DNA of 64,000 nt, from positions 5,332,001 through 5,396,000 of the forward strand of contig OX597839.1 in NCBI GenBank assembly GCA_951406725.2, read 5' to 3'. The number at the start of each line of letters is the position of its first letter. Position 1 is the first letter of the stretch. Shown here piece after piece: positions 28,252-42,538 of the stretch. A program made the position numbers and the translations under genes. Source of the DNA: Octopus vulgaris. Taxonomy: Eukaryota. Under the pieces are notes generated by a model. The model saw nothing but the letters and a program-made list of their open reading frames with translations, did no database searches and had not been told where the DNA came from.

Positions 28252-28656
28252 GCGTCCCCAAAGTCCATCCCCTCCTCACCATGGTGGGGACGCAAGCAAC
28301 GGGTAGTACCAGAGCTATGCCGTCGGGAACTTCGGTTCCTGGTAGGGTCAACCAAGGCGGATTGGTCTGACACCGCGTGGTATTAGGACCAAAACCCGGC
28401 AGACGGGACTCTGGTGAAAATCCTCGGAGTGTCTGTTTCGGCAACCGACGGCTCCTCGGTCGTTCTGTCTCTGCGTCTGCGGACAATCTGCGCCAAACAG
28501 GATGTCTCTACATGCGGGATTGTTGGGGACCACTTGTGAAATTCATATTCCCACGAAACTTCTTCCACCGCCATGGTTCGAGATGCTTCGAGTGTGGTAG
28601 AAGAAGCCGACTCAACCCGCCCAGGGTAAATGTCGCCACAAGTACAAGTAAGCAAG
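28252..28656 (+). mobile_element. Bipartite non-autonomous RTE-derived retroposon with a 12-bp TSD
   Basis: TSD tctagaatcact at 28240-28251 and 28657-28668; 5' part resembles Expander/Rex3-type RTE 5' UTRs (gagctatgccgtcggg…cctggtagggtcaaccaaggc); 3' part …ADSTRPG* plus a (caagta)n tail. Confidence 0.75.
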
Positions 28657-28729
28657 TCTAGAATCACTCCTCCATACTCAGCATCTGAATTTTCCAGCCC
28701 ATCTTCGTATATATATATATGGATGGGAA

Positions 28730-28910
28730 GCACTCCGTCGGTTACGACGATGAGGGTTCCGGTTGATCCGAATCAACGGAACAGCCTGCTCGTGAAATTA
28801 ACGTGTAAGTGGCTGAGCACTCCACAGACACGTGTACCCTTAACGTAGTTCTCGGGGATATTCAGCGTGACACAGAGAGTGACAAGGCCGGCCCTTTGAA
28901 ATACAAGGTA
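28730..28910 (-). mobile_element. tRNA-derived SINE family C, 3' part
   Basis: Homologous to 41330-41617 and 55245-55503. Confidence 0.8.
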
Positions 28911-28942
28911 CAACAGAAACAGGAAGTAAGAGTGAGAGAAAG

Positions 28943-28982
<40 letters not shown>

Positions 28983-28987
28983 TACAA

Positions 28988-29018
<31 letters not shown>

Positions 29019-29169
29019 AAAGGCTACGCTTTTATGGACGTAAATACATTGGTTAGTCTATTACCGGCCATGCCATTAACTTCCTATAAACAGGTTACTG
29101 CTCGAACGTTTAGAGTGTGCTTCTTTTTTCGGACAGACAGACAGAAAGGGAGAAAGAGAGATGCAAGTG

Positions 29170-29206
<37 letters not shown>

Positions 29207-29298
29207 CTGTGCGTGCGTGTAAATATATATATGCATAATAATAGATGTATTCGTATATGAATATTTCTAAATTTCACACATACACATCTACCTTGTTC

Positions 29299-29371
<73 letters not shown>

Positions 29372-29375
29372 CTCG

Positions 29376-29437
<62 letters not shown>

Positions 29438-29440
29438 TTA

Positions 29441-29503
<63 letters not shown>

Positions 29504-29553
29504 CTTTCACTATCTATATATCTACCTATCGATCTATCTATCTATCTGTTTAT

Positions 29554-29627
<74 letters not shown>

Positions 29628-29659
29628 CTTTCCTATCTACCTATCGATCTATCTATCTG

Positions 29660-29744
<85 letters not shown>

Positions 29745-30250
29745 CTATCCCTATAGGTGCATACGCTCACACACACACACGCACACACTCATACGCACAC
29801 AAGAAATACAAGAGCAAGATAAAAGCAAAAACAAAATCAAAAATGTAGTGCAAAACGACTGGATGCACCTTTGCACCACGAATGGAAATATGTTATGAAA
29901 GTGCTCATGTGCATAAAAATTGCAATTAACATGTGCACGTGCCTTCATTGTGTCTATAACAACACCAGCTGACAGTTGCACTAGGGTCCATCCTATTTTA
30001 ATCATAATTTATTATTTTTCTGTTGACTTCCATTTTGTTTTGCTGTAGTTCACGTTGTTGATTTCCTTGGTTTCTTTTTTTCTGTCGTGTTTGCGTGTTG
30101 CTTGTTGTTGTTGTTGTTGTTGTTGTTTTGTGTTAAGAGAACTAAATGTGTGTAAGCTTGTACACACACACACATAAATACATATATATGCATATGTATA
30201 TATATATATATTCATAGGTGCATATACATATATACACATATATACATATA

Positions 30251-30284
<34 letters not shown>

Positions 30285-30513
30285 CATTGCGCATATGTAT
30301 ATAAATATACAGATACATATATATACTTATACAAATATAGCCATATATACCTATACATGTATATACATGTATAAGCATATCGATATATATATATATATAT
30401 ATATATAAATATATACACATATATATTTCTTTATATGTATATACATATACATATATACCTATACATATTCATATACATGTATATACATATATATAAATGC
30501 ATATATATATATA

Positions 30514-30574
<61 letters not shown>

Positions 30575-30889
30575 ACATGTGAACGAGAGAAAGATACCGC
30601 GAAAGAGAAAGGGGGAGATAGAGAAAGTGAAAGTAGAAGCATTAAAGTGTCGGAGCGTGTGTGCTCATGTGTATTCGTGTTCGTGCTTCTGTCTTGTGTG
30701 TCTCTCAGGTTCAGTTCGGCGAGAAGAGGCTCTTCTCTTTTTCCCGTCTAATTTATAAGGTTGTTATGAGTTTGTTGTGCTTCGAAGGTGTTTTTGCATT
30801 TTGTTGAGATTTCTATATTGGTGTTTGCCGCTTAGGAGCGAAAAAGGAAAGAATAGAATGCGATGCCTGAAATAAGGAAAGGGTTAAAG

Positions 30890-30933
30890 AGAAAGAGATA
30901 ATAATAATAATAATGTGAAAAGAGGGAGGGTGG

Positions 30934-30965
<32 letters not shown>

Positions 30966-31105
30966 AATAATAATAATGTGAAAAGAGGGAGGGTGGGAGA
31001 GAGAGAGAGAGAAAGAAAGAGATAATAATAGTGTGACAAGAGGGAGGGTGGGAGAGAGAGAGAGAGAGAGAGGAGATCATGATAATGTGAAAAGAAGGAG
31101 GGTGG

Positions 31106-31137
<32 letters not shown>

Positions 31138-31161
31138 TAATAATAATGTGAAAAGAGGGAG

Positions 31162-31206
<45 letters not shown>

Positions 31207-31340
31207 TACTAATAATGTGAAAAGAGGGAGGGTGGGAGAGAGAGAGAGAGAGAAAGAGATAATAATAAAGTGAAAAGAGGGAGGGTGGGAGAGAGAGAGA
31301 GAGAGAAGAGATAATACTAATGTGAAAAGAGGGATGATGG

Positions 31341-31374
<34 letters not shown>

Positions 31375-31572
31375 TAATAATAATGTGAAAAGAGGGAGGG
31401 TTGGAGAGAGAGAGGGAGAGAGAGAGAAAGAGAAAGAGATACTAATAATGTGAAAAGAGGGAGGGTGGGAGAGAGAGAGAGAGAGAAAGAGATAATAATA
31501 ATGTGAAAAGAGGGAGGGTGGGAGAGAGAGAGAGAGAAAGAGATAATAATAATGTGAAAAGAGGGAGGGTGG

Positions 31573-31606
<34 letters not shown>

Positions 31607-31960
31607 TAATAATAATGTGAAAAGAGGGAGGGTGGGAGAGAGAGAGAGAGAGAAAGAGATAATAATAATGTGAAAAGAGGGAGGGTGGGAGAGAGAGAGA
31701 GAGAAAGAGATACTAATAATGTGAAAAGAGGGAGGGTGGGAGAGAGAGAGAGAGAGAAAGAGATAATAATAATGTGAAAAGAGGGAGGGTGGGAGAGAGA
31801 GAGAGAGAAGAGAGATAATAATAATGTGAAAAGAGGGAGGGTGGGAGAGAGAGAGAGAGAGAAAGAGATACTAATAATGTGAAAAGAGGGAGGGTGGGAG
31901 AGAGAGAGAGAGAGAAAGAGATAATAATAATGTGAAAAGAGGGAGGGAGAGAGACAGAGA
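30890..31960. repeat. GA-rich minisatellite, ~55-65-bp unit, about 18 copies
   Basis: Recurrent gataataataatgtgaaaagagggagggtggg(ag)n; accounts for the 564-aa pseudo-ORF. Confidence 0.9.
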
Positions 31961-32368
31961 GAGAGAAAGAGAGAGATAGAGAAAGATCTGCATGAAGAAC
32001 AATTGTAAGTGATGAGTATAAAACTGAAGAAGTGAGCGAATGAGAGAGAGAAAGAGGGGAAAACTGACAGAGACAAAGCCAGAGAGATACAGAAAGTGAC
32101 ATTATACACACATAGAGAAATTGCAAGAGAGAGAGAGAGAGTAAGTGAAATGTTAGAAGAGAGAGAGACAGGGAGAGATATATAAGTGTTAAGCAGAGAC
32201 AGAAAGTGATAGGCAAAGAGAGACTGCGCAGAGAGAAAGAGACAGTGAGATGTTAGTTTAGCAGTGAGCAATCTAAAGGCGGAAGTGAATGGCGAAGGTA
32301 AAACTAAAACAGTGTAAAGTATCTGCGAAGAGATAATGCGTTTCAGTTTAGAGGAATGAAATTTGCGA

Positions 32369-32403
<35 letters not shown>

Positions 32404-32542
32404 TATAAATAATAGTGTAATAAATAAAATATATGCATACATAAAAACATATATGTACGTACCTACATCTACATGTATATATACATGCATATATAAATAT
32501 ATATACGTGAGTACAGGAAACCACAATTAGACGTAGAACTCA

Positions 32543-32633
32543 ACCTTGGGCAAGTGTCTTCTACTATAGCCTCGGGCCGACCAAAGCCTTGTGAGTGGAT
32601 TTGGTAGACGGAAACTGAAAGAAGCCCGTCGTA

Positions 32634-32701
<68 letters not shown>

Positions 32702-32926
32702 TGTGTGTATTTGTGTGTCTGTGTTTGTCCCCCTAGCATTGCTTGACATCTGATGCTGGTGTGTTTATGTCCCCGTTACTTAGCGGTTCGGCAAAAGAGA
32801 CCGATAGAATAAGTACTGGGCTTACAAAGAATAAGTCCCGGGGTCGATTTGCTCGACTAAAGGCGGTGCTCCAGCATGGCTGCAGTCAAAATGACTGAAA
32901 CAAGTAAAAGAGTAAAAGAGTAAAAG
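32543..32926 (+). mobile_element. SINE family A, 5'-truncated
   Basis: Matches 11570-11937. Confidence 0.9.
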
Positions 32927-33173
32927 ATATGTATATATATATATATATGTACGTACGTATGTATGTATATATACCAATTATATACATTTTAATTATTTTT
33001 TTTTTTGCAATTTACATAATCATTGATATGTTATTGTTATTTTAATTTTAATATTTCTATTATAGGTAATTTTCTAGATGGTGTAATTTAATTGTTCACT
33101 TTGAATTGATAAAAGGTGGGTTTTTTTTCTAATTTATATATATATATATATATATATAATCATAATAATAATA

Positions 33174-33204
<31 letters not shown>

Positions 33205-33223
33205 TACACACACACATATATAT

Positions 33224-33254
<31 letters not shown>

Positions 33255-33655
33255 CATACATACATTCATACATACATACATACATACATACATACATACA
33301 TACATACATGCATGCATACATACATACATACATACAAACATACATATCATGTATTTCCTACAGTATGCTCTGTTGACGAGCAAAAGCCATTAGGCTAATC
33401 CAGAAATTGATCAATCCAGAGATAACTGTACTTTTATGAATTCCCATTAGCTTACTCCCTCGATTTCAGCAGATGCGTAATTTTGGTGATGATTTAAAGT
33501 GGTTAGATGATTTAGCGTCTCTTTTCAGCATATAGGCAACATTTTTCTATGCCTTTAATTATGATTATACATATGCTTTCACCTTACTTGGTCTATTTTT
33601 ATTATATACTGGATACTGATGAAACTTTTAACGATTTTATCCATTATTATTATAA

Positions 33656-33698
<43 letters not shown>

Positions 33699-33785
33699 TT
33701 GTGTAACATTGTCCGTTTTTTCCCGTGCTTGTTCCCAAGTAATGCCAACTTTTGCAATACATCTAGATTGCAAGGTAACTCTCAG

Positions 33786-33880
<95 letters not shown>

Positions 33881-33931
33881 CATCATCATCATCATTATCA
33901 TTATTATTATCATTATTATTATTATTATCAT

Positions 33932-34998
33932 TCTATGTTTGACTTTTGCTTTATGTCTGTACAAGTTGGCTCCAAGTCTCACCCAGAGACCTCAAGAGAC
34001 AACAGGTTGGAAGTTCTGTGCCATATATTTGGGGGTTTTTTTTTGGGGGGGGGGGTGTTGTACTAGTGAATGTCTAATACATAAAAAAAAAATTTTTAAA
34101 TAAATAAATAAAAAAATAAAAAGAAATTAAATAAAAAAAAATTTGTTTTAAACCTTGGGATTACATAGAGAGTATTTTGCGTAGGATATGAGCAGTTCCC
34201 ATGAGCACTATCTTTTGAATTTCTGCCATTTTGGGGTTTCCTGGTATCTGAGTTAGGTAGCAATCAGTCCCTTTCGCTATCATTCCCAGGACACCTATGA
34301 CAACAGGTATTGTTTTAGTCTTCAGCTTCCACATTTTGCTGATCTTTATATTTCAAGATCTTTATATTTGCTCAGTTTTTGGTAGGTCTTGACAGATACG
34401 TTTATATCGATTGGGACAGTCATATCAATGAGGAGGCATGTTCTTTGTCTGAAGTCTTTCAATATGATGTCTGGCCTATTTGCATCTATCTTCCTGTCAG
34501 TTTTAATGGTGAAGTTCCAGAGGAGTGAGATGTGGTCATTTTCAAGCACTGGAGGTGGATTGTGTCCCCACCAGTTTTTTTCATGGGGCAAATCCAGGTT
34601 TTTGCAAATTACCCAGTGAATATATTGTGCAGCTCTATCATGCCTGTTGAGGTACTCTGTAGGCGCTAGAAGACTGCATTTGGAGACAACATGATCAATG
34701 GTTTCATTTTGTTGTCGGCATACACGACATGTTGGGCTACTGCCGTTCTTTAATATGTTGGCCTGGTAGTTTCTTGTTGGTAGGCATTGATCTTGAACTG
34801 CTATGATAAACCCCTCTGCTTCAGATTTTAAGCCATATGCCATTAGCCATCGATGGGTCAGGGCTTTGTCAATATCTGCATTATTCGCTCTCTTTGGGTA
34901 TTTGCCATAGAGAGGTTTTTCTTGCCATTTATTATTCAGAATAACTAAGGCCGCAGTTTTGGCACGGGTTTTCATGCGCCTAGCTTTTTCTGTGCTTG

Positions 34999-35000
<2 letters not shown>
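33932..35000 (-). mobile_element. R4/Dong-clade non-LTR retrotransposon, 5'-truncated, inserted in (TAA)n
   Basis: CCHC knuckle CRVC…ETIDHVVSKC, RHD motif and restriction-like endonuclease RPDII…IDMTVP…KLSKY; (TAA)n on both flanks, the known Dong target. Confidence 0.92.
34161..34999 (-). pseudogene. Dong-like ORF C-terminal fragment (zinc knuckle plus RLE endonuclease), in-frame stop at 34346-34348
   Basis: The frame continues past the stop: ISKMWKLKTKTIPVVIGVLGMIAKG…ILRKILSM*; RT domain absent. Confidence 0.88.
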
Positions 35001-35078
<78 letters not shown>

Positions 35079-35098
35079 CATCATTATCATTATTATTA

Positions 35099-35165
<67 letters not shown>

Positions 35166-35199
35166 CATCATTATCATCATCATTATTATTATTATCATT

Positions 35200-35234
<35 letters not shown>

Positions 35235-35432
35235 TATTATTATTATAATTATTATTATTATTATTACTATTATTATTATTATCATAATTATCATTATTAT
35301 TATCATTATTATTATCATTATCATTATTATCATTATTATTATCATTATTATTATTATTATTGTTATTATTATTATCATTATTATTATTATCATTATTATT
35401 AGCATTATTATTATTATTATCATTATTATTAC

Positions 35433-35463
<31 letters not shown>

Positions 35464-36134
35464 TCTGTTGTTATTGTTATTTTTGTAGTAGTAGTAGTGG
35501 TGGTGGTGGTGGTGGAGGTGGTGGTAGTGGTGGTTGTAGTGTTGATGTTGGGGTGGGGCGGGATCGGTACTGGTGGTGCCGGTGGTTGTGGAAGCCGTGT
35601 CAGTGGCGGCGGTGGATGTGATGGTGGCAATATTTAATATTAGTTGATGTAGCAGCAGCAGCATTATTACGATTGTTCTTGGTGTTGTCACTAATTCTAT
35701 TCAATACACATTTCTATTCCAAAGAATATATTTCGTTTGTCTTTTATATAATTCGAGACATTTTCATTGGTGCTTTATTTAAAGTCGTCCTTTAAATAAT
35801 CTTAGGTTATTTCTGAGATTTCCTTTCTGTATAGAAACAGAGAGAAAATAGCTAAGACTTTTGTCAGCCGTTGGTTCTTTTAACAATGGTGTATGCCTTT
35901 ATGGATTCTTCGATTGGTTGCTGTCGTCTCTTTGTCTTCACGAAGTGCCTTGCCCTCTTTTCTGTCATACACAGACAATCATTACACCACAACAACGTTG
36001 TCTGTCACATCGTGACTAACAAGCAAATCCTCGCTTCTGTAAAATTCGGTTTCTCTTAGTTATACTCGTATTAGACAATAAAGTTATGATAAATATATAG
36101 ACTAAATATTGTTTATTTATGTATACAGAAGCAG

Positions 36135-36293
36135 CGCGGGCGTGGCTGCCTCGTAAGAAGCTTGCTTCCGGATCACAAGGTCCCCGGTTCAGTCACACCG
36201 CATGGTACTTCGGCCAAATATCTTCTGCTATAGCCTCGAGCCAACCAAAGCCTTGTGAGTGGATTTTCGTAGACAGAAAATGAAAGAAACCCG

Positions 36294-36386
<93 letters not shown>

Positions 36387-36775
36387 GGTACAAAAATTCA
36401 GGGTGAATACTTGATAACTGTAAGCACCTGTATATGCCAGTTAGTGGTGTAGGTGATAGGGTATATTTATCAAAAGAAAAACAGGATGCAAAGGATTTAG
36501 CGGTACATATGTTTCTGGCTTTATTGGACAGTTTACATCAATTATGCATTGATATAAACTGTCCAATAAAGCCAGAAACATATGTACCGCTAAATCCTTT
36601 GCATCCTGTGTGTCTTTTGATATATATATATATATATACATATACATATGTATATATATATGTATATGCTGATGTGTTTACGTCCCTGTACCTTAGCAAT
36701 TCGGTGAACAGACCAATGGAGTAAGTACTAAACTTAAAATGAACAAGTCCTGTGATCGACTTGTTCGACAAGAAC
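36135..36775 (+). mobile_element. Old SINE family A copy whose internal microsatellite hosts a palindromic insert
   Basis: Head at 36135-36296, 3' half resumes at about 36665. Confidence 0.7.
36468..36622. repeat. Near-perfect palindrome (~75-bp arms, 5-nt loop) containing a hammerhead 3' half
   Basis: acaggatgcaaaggatttagcggtacatatgtttctggc… / …gccaGAAACATATGTAccgctaaatcctttgcatcctgt. Confidence 0.9.
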
Positions 36776-37005
36776 ATTTCGATGATGACGATGATGATGA
36801 TGTTACTAACGGGAAACTTTGACGATGATAATGAATATAATGATAATGATGACGAGGATGGTGATAATGAAGATTATGTGGATAATCACGATGACAAGGA
36901 CGACAACGACGACGACGATGACGATGATATCGATGATAATGCCGATGATGACAATGATGGTGATGATGATGGTGAACATGATGATTTTGATGATCACGAT
37001 GATGG

Positions 37006-37019
<14 letters not shown>

Positions 37020-37043
<24 letters not shown>

Positions 37044-37679
37044 ACGAGGGTGGAGATAACGGAGAAGAATATGATGATGATGATAATTACGAGATTTGTG
37101 ATAATGAAGTTGTTGATTATGTTGATGATGATGGCGACGATGACGACGGTGATGGTGTTGATAATGATGATTATGATGATGATTATAATGATGATGATGA
37201 TGATGAGGGTGACTATGATAAAAGTAAATGGAAACGAGGATTATGATGACGACAATGACGGTGATGGCCATGTTGATCAAAATGATGATGATGTAATAAC
37301 GATGATGATGATTAGCAAGCCTATGGTGCTGAAGTTGATGAAGATTATGATGATGATGATGATGATGATGATTACGAGGGTGGAGATAACGGAGAAGAAT
37401 ATGATGATGATGATAATTACGAGATTTGTGATAATGAAGTTGTTGATTATGTTGATGATGATGGCGACGATGACGACGGTGATGGTGTTGATAATGATGA
37501 TTATGATGATGATTATAATGATGATGATGATGATGATGAGGGTGACTATGATAAAAGTAAATGGAAACGAGGATTATGATGACGACAATGACGGTGATGG
37601 CCATGTTGATCAAAATGATGATGATGTAATAACGATGATGATGATTAGCAAGCCTATGGTGCTGAAGTTGATGAAGATT

Positions 37680-37700
<21 letters not shown>
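37020..37700. repeat. ~330-bp direct tandem duplication of a (GAT)n-rich block
   Basis: attacgagggtggagataacggagaaga at about 37041 and 37371. Confidence 0.9.
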
Positions 37701-37715
<15 letters not shown>

Positions 37716-37910
37716 GTGGTGATGATGAGGATGGTGGTGATGATAATGACGACGACGACGACGGCGAATGTCAGGTACAGGTTTTTCACTTTCTATTTTG
37801 CATTCTTACATTCTATTAAATTCTTCATTCTTTTAGTCTTGTAAAAATTTCATTTCTAACCAACGACGTCATCATAAATTTCAAACGTTAGTAATTTTCG
37901 AAATAATAAC

Positions 37911-37971
<61 letters not shown>

Positions 37972-37994
37972 GTAATGATAATGATAATAATAAT

Positions 37995-38053
<59 letters not shown>

Positions 38054-38194
38054 CAACAATATTACAACAATAGGAAGATAATAATGATAATAATAATAAT
38101 GATGATGATGATGATGATAATAATAATAATAATAATAGTAATAATAATAATAATGATGATGATGATAATAATAATAATAATAATAATGATGATG

Positions 38195-38255
<61 letters not shown>

Positions 38256-39137
38256 CAACAACAATATTACAACGATAGGAAGAATCGCAATAAACTCTCA
38301 GCATAGCATATTTTGTCTCTCAATTTAATGACCAGGATTCAGGCCACGACAGAAAGCATTGTTGGCAGATGTATATATATTTGTGTGTGTGTGTGTGTGT
38401 GTGTGTGCATGTATGTGTGTATGTGTGTGTATATATGTATATGTATATATATATATCTATATATATATATTTGTATATATATTTGGATATATGAACTCAT
38501 ATATACGCATAGATATATATGCATACATATGTGTGCGTCTCACAGTATGTTGATATATATATATATGTGTGTGCGTGTGTGTGTCTGTGAGTATAGGTTA
38601 ATCACAAAAAAATAAATATTAAAAAGCCATCAGCAGCAACAACAGCGACGATGAGGTCGACGTGGATGATGCTCAAGATGACGACAATGATCATGACGAT
38701 GATATAAATAAACCGAAAGAAAAAACATATATACAAAATAATTATATATATATATATGCATAAATGGGGAAAAAATAAGAAAATGAATATCAGACAGAAA
38801 AATATTAGGAGATAAAAAAAAACTGAGATATAATAAACAAAAACAAAAGCAAAATTAGAAAAGGAAAAAGAATTTTACCGCCAAAAGACACCAAAACAAA
38901 ATGTCCGCCATAATACATTCATTGACAGAATAGATTTCTTGATTTTTCATTCTGTGCTGTATTTCATGTCTTTTTATAAATGTGAGTGCCATTATGATTC
39001 TAACCACAGAATCGTGATGGTTAGTTCCAAGTAATTTGGCATGATGAAAGTCATGGAGAATCGCAGACTGCAAAACAATAGAAATTCCCACAAATGCACC
39101 ATATTCGAGAATCGCACATAGAGGCATACATATATAA

Positions 39138-39174
<37 letters not shown>

Positions 39175-39507
39175 CACACGTACTCTCACAGATATATATA
39201 TGTATATGCATGTATGTATGTATGAAGATAAAAATACATACATAGAGGCATACATATATACATATACAAAGTGCATGACATCTTATGTACGTGAGTGAAT
39301 GAATGTATATATATATATATGATATGATATACGTATGTATATGTATGTATATGATTGTACGGATGTATATGTGTATGCACATATTCATCTATGCATATAT
39401 ATACATCCATGCAGACAGATGTGCACACGCATACACACACATGAAGACGTGTTAGATTCCATGTCTGTATGAATTTATGTTTTCGCTGATGAGTATATAT
39501 ATACATA

Positions 39508-39575
<68 letters not shown>

Positions 39576-39736
39576 GTGCGTGGTGTGTGCATGCATGCAT
39601 AATGTATATTTTATATATTATATATATGTGTGTGTATATACGAGTGTGTGTGTGAGCGTGTATGCGTATGTGCATGTGTGAGTGCGCATATATATATATA
39701 TATATATGCATGTACATATGTATGCATGCTTGCATG

Positions 39737-39770
<34 letters not shown>

Positions 39771-40385
39771 TGTATGTATGCATTACGCATGTATACGTTC
39801 GCATGTTGTGCGTATATTTTCTGTACATGTATGCGTATGTGCATGGTCAGCACAGATGCTATGGCTAATATTTTTGTTGGACAAAAATTGATGACTCACG
39901 CATTTGTTATTCAGAGTTCGTTGTCAGTGTTTTCATTCAGAAACGATCAAGAAAATTGGAATATGTTTATGAGACACCAGTTGAATGGAGTTGCATCGTT
40001 TAGCAGCGATCAGGCTGTCGGACTGTTGCGATCTGCGAGATATGTTGGTACTGTTACCTAACACGAAATATAGTCATCATACTTATCATTCATGTTTTAC
40101 CCATTGCTCGTTTCAGTCGTTAGACTGCGGCCATGTTGGAGCACTTCCTTTGAGAATTTCTAGTCAAAAGAATCGACCTTAGTATTTATTTTAATCTTCT
40201 TCTTCTTCTTCTTCTTCTTCTTCTTCTTCTTCTTCTTCTTCTTCTTCTTCTTCTTCTTCTTCTTCTTCTTCTTCTTCTTCTTCTCCTTCTCCTCCACCTT
40301 CTTCTTCTTCTTCTTCTTCTTCTTCTTCTTCTTCTTCTTCTTCTTCTTTTTCTTCTTCTCATCATTATTATTATTATTATTATTA

Positions 40386-41049
<664 letters not shown>

Positions 41050-41079
41050 TGGCAAGTATCTATTATAGCCTCGAGCCGA

Positions 41080-41325
41080 TAGCACGCCGAGCGATATGCT
41101 TAGCGGTATTTCGTTTGCCGTTACGTTCTGAGTTCAGCTTCCGCTGGGGTCGACTCTGCCTTGCCTCCTTTCGGGGTCGATAGATTAAGTACCAGTTACG
41201 CACTGGGGTCGCTGTAATCGACTTAATCCGTTTGTCTGTCCTTGTTTGTTCTCTCTGTGTTTAGCCCCTTGTGGGTAGTAAAGAAATAGGTATTTCGTTT
41301 ATCTTTACGTTCTGAGTTCAAATTC
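41080..41325 (+). mobile_element. SINE family B with the start of a second tandem unit
   Basis: Matches the 15340-15590 architecture. Confidence 0.85.
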
Positions 41326-41329
41326 TGGC

Positions 41330-41617
41330 TCATGGTCATTAGGTCGTGATTTCGATTCCCAGCTGCGTGTTGTCTCCTTAAGCAAGACACTTTATTTTCC
41401 CTTGCGCCTATTCACTCAGCTGGCGAAAATGAGTTGTAACTGTTTTTCAAAGGGTCAGCCTTGTCACACACTGTGTCACGCTGTATCTCTCTGAGAACTA
41501 GGTTTAGGGTACGCGTGTCTGTGGAGTGCTCAGCCACTTGGAATGTTAATTTCATTGGCAGGCTGTTCCATTGATCGGAATAACTGGCACCCACGTCGTC
41601 GTAACTGACGGAGTGCC
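41330..41617 (+). mobile_element. SINE family C
   Basis: Degenerate tRNA head, ccttaagcaagacactt body, 3' part shared with 28730-28910. Confidence 0.8.
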
Positions 41618-41685
41618 AATTAAATACGGGAACCGAGAATACTCCTATTTTCTAAATCTAGTACGTAAAAGACATGCAGTCTATA

Positions 41686-42083
41686 GGCGCAGGAGTGGCT
41701 GTTTGGTAAGTAGCTTGCTAACCAACCACATGGTTCCGGGTTCAGTCCCACTGCGTGGCATCTTGGGCAAGTGTCTTCTGCTATAGCCCCGGGCTGACCA
41801 ATGCCTTGTGAGTGGATTTGGTAGACGGAAACTCAAAGAAGCCTATCGTATATATGTATATATATATGCGTGTGTGTGTTTGTGTGTCTGTGTTTGTCAC
41901 CCCACCATCGCTTGACAACCGATGCTGGTGTGTTTACGTCCCCGTCACTTAGCGGTTCGGCAAAAGAGACCGATAGAATAAGTACTGGGCTTACAAAGAA
42001 TAAGTCCTCGCGTCGATTTGCTCGACTAAAGGCGGTGCTCCAGCATGGCCGCAGTCAAATGACTGAAACAAGTAAATGTAAAA
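41686..42083 (+). mobile_element. SINE family A, full length, with a 17-bp TSD
   Basis: gtaaaagacatgcagtc at 41665-41681 and 42084-42100. Confidence 0.92.
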
Positions 42084-42492
42084 GTAAAAGACATGCAGTC
42101 CTTCACATCGATAAGACGAATAAACTTAGAAAGTCAGTTTCAACACAGTTTTAAACACGAAAGCAGGAAAATCTAATATGTTGACAATGTAAGCTATTGA
42201 CGGAATAGCCATACGATGTTAAAGCGTAAGATAATTACGTAATCACTGCACTCCGGATATGTTATACAAGTTAATATAAGCCTACAATAGAATTGATTAT
42301 AAGTTGCAAACGGAAGAGATTATTTATCCTACATATGTTTCGCTCGGAAATTATTACACCTCGGAAGATTCAAACCACAAATAAATCGGAATACCATTTT
42401 ATTAAAATTACTGCTATACTATTATCGCACCCTGGTTTTAAGTATCTATAGTATGGCCTCTAAACGTGACGACCCCTTAGGAATGATAAAAG

Positions 42493-42538
<46 letters not shown>

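Larger units (their letters stand above)
27200..28707 (-). mobile_element. Degenerate mariner (DD34D) transposon relic interrupted by two retroposons
   Basis: N-terminus MKIDKIWHRFVIMYLEKKELAPKDIHAHM (28123), LGMTKVCTRWVP motif (about 27790), HHFEPETK…WKHPSS…AGTKMASVVWNAK…FIDYLQK (27410-27250); terminus followed by TA at 28708-28709. Confidence 0.85.

Noticed and set aside
30832-32526. 564-aa ORF
   Set aside because: Translation of a GA/CT minisatellite; no domain content
33610-33643. tggata-CTGATGA…tatcca hammerhead candidate
   Set aside because: Stem I is present but stem II and a separate GAAA are missing
36693-37844. His-rich, Asp-rich and Met-rich ORFs
   Set aside because: (GAT)n-derived low-complexity sequence with a local duplication; open in multiple frames
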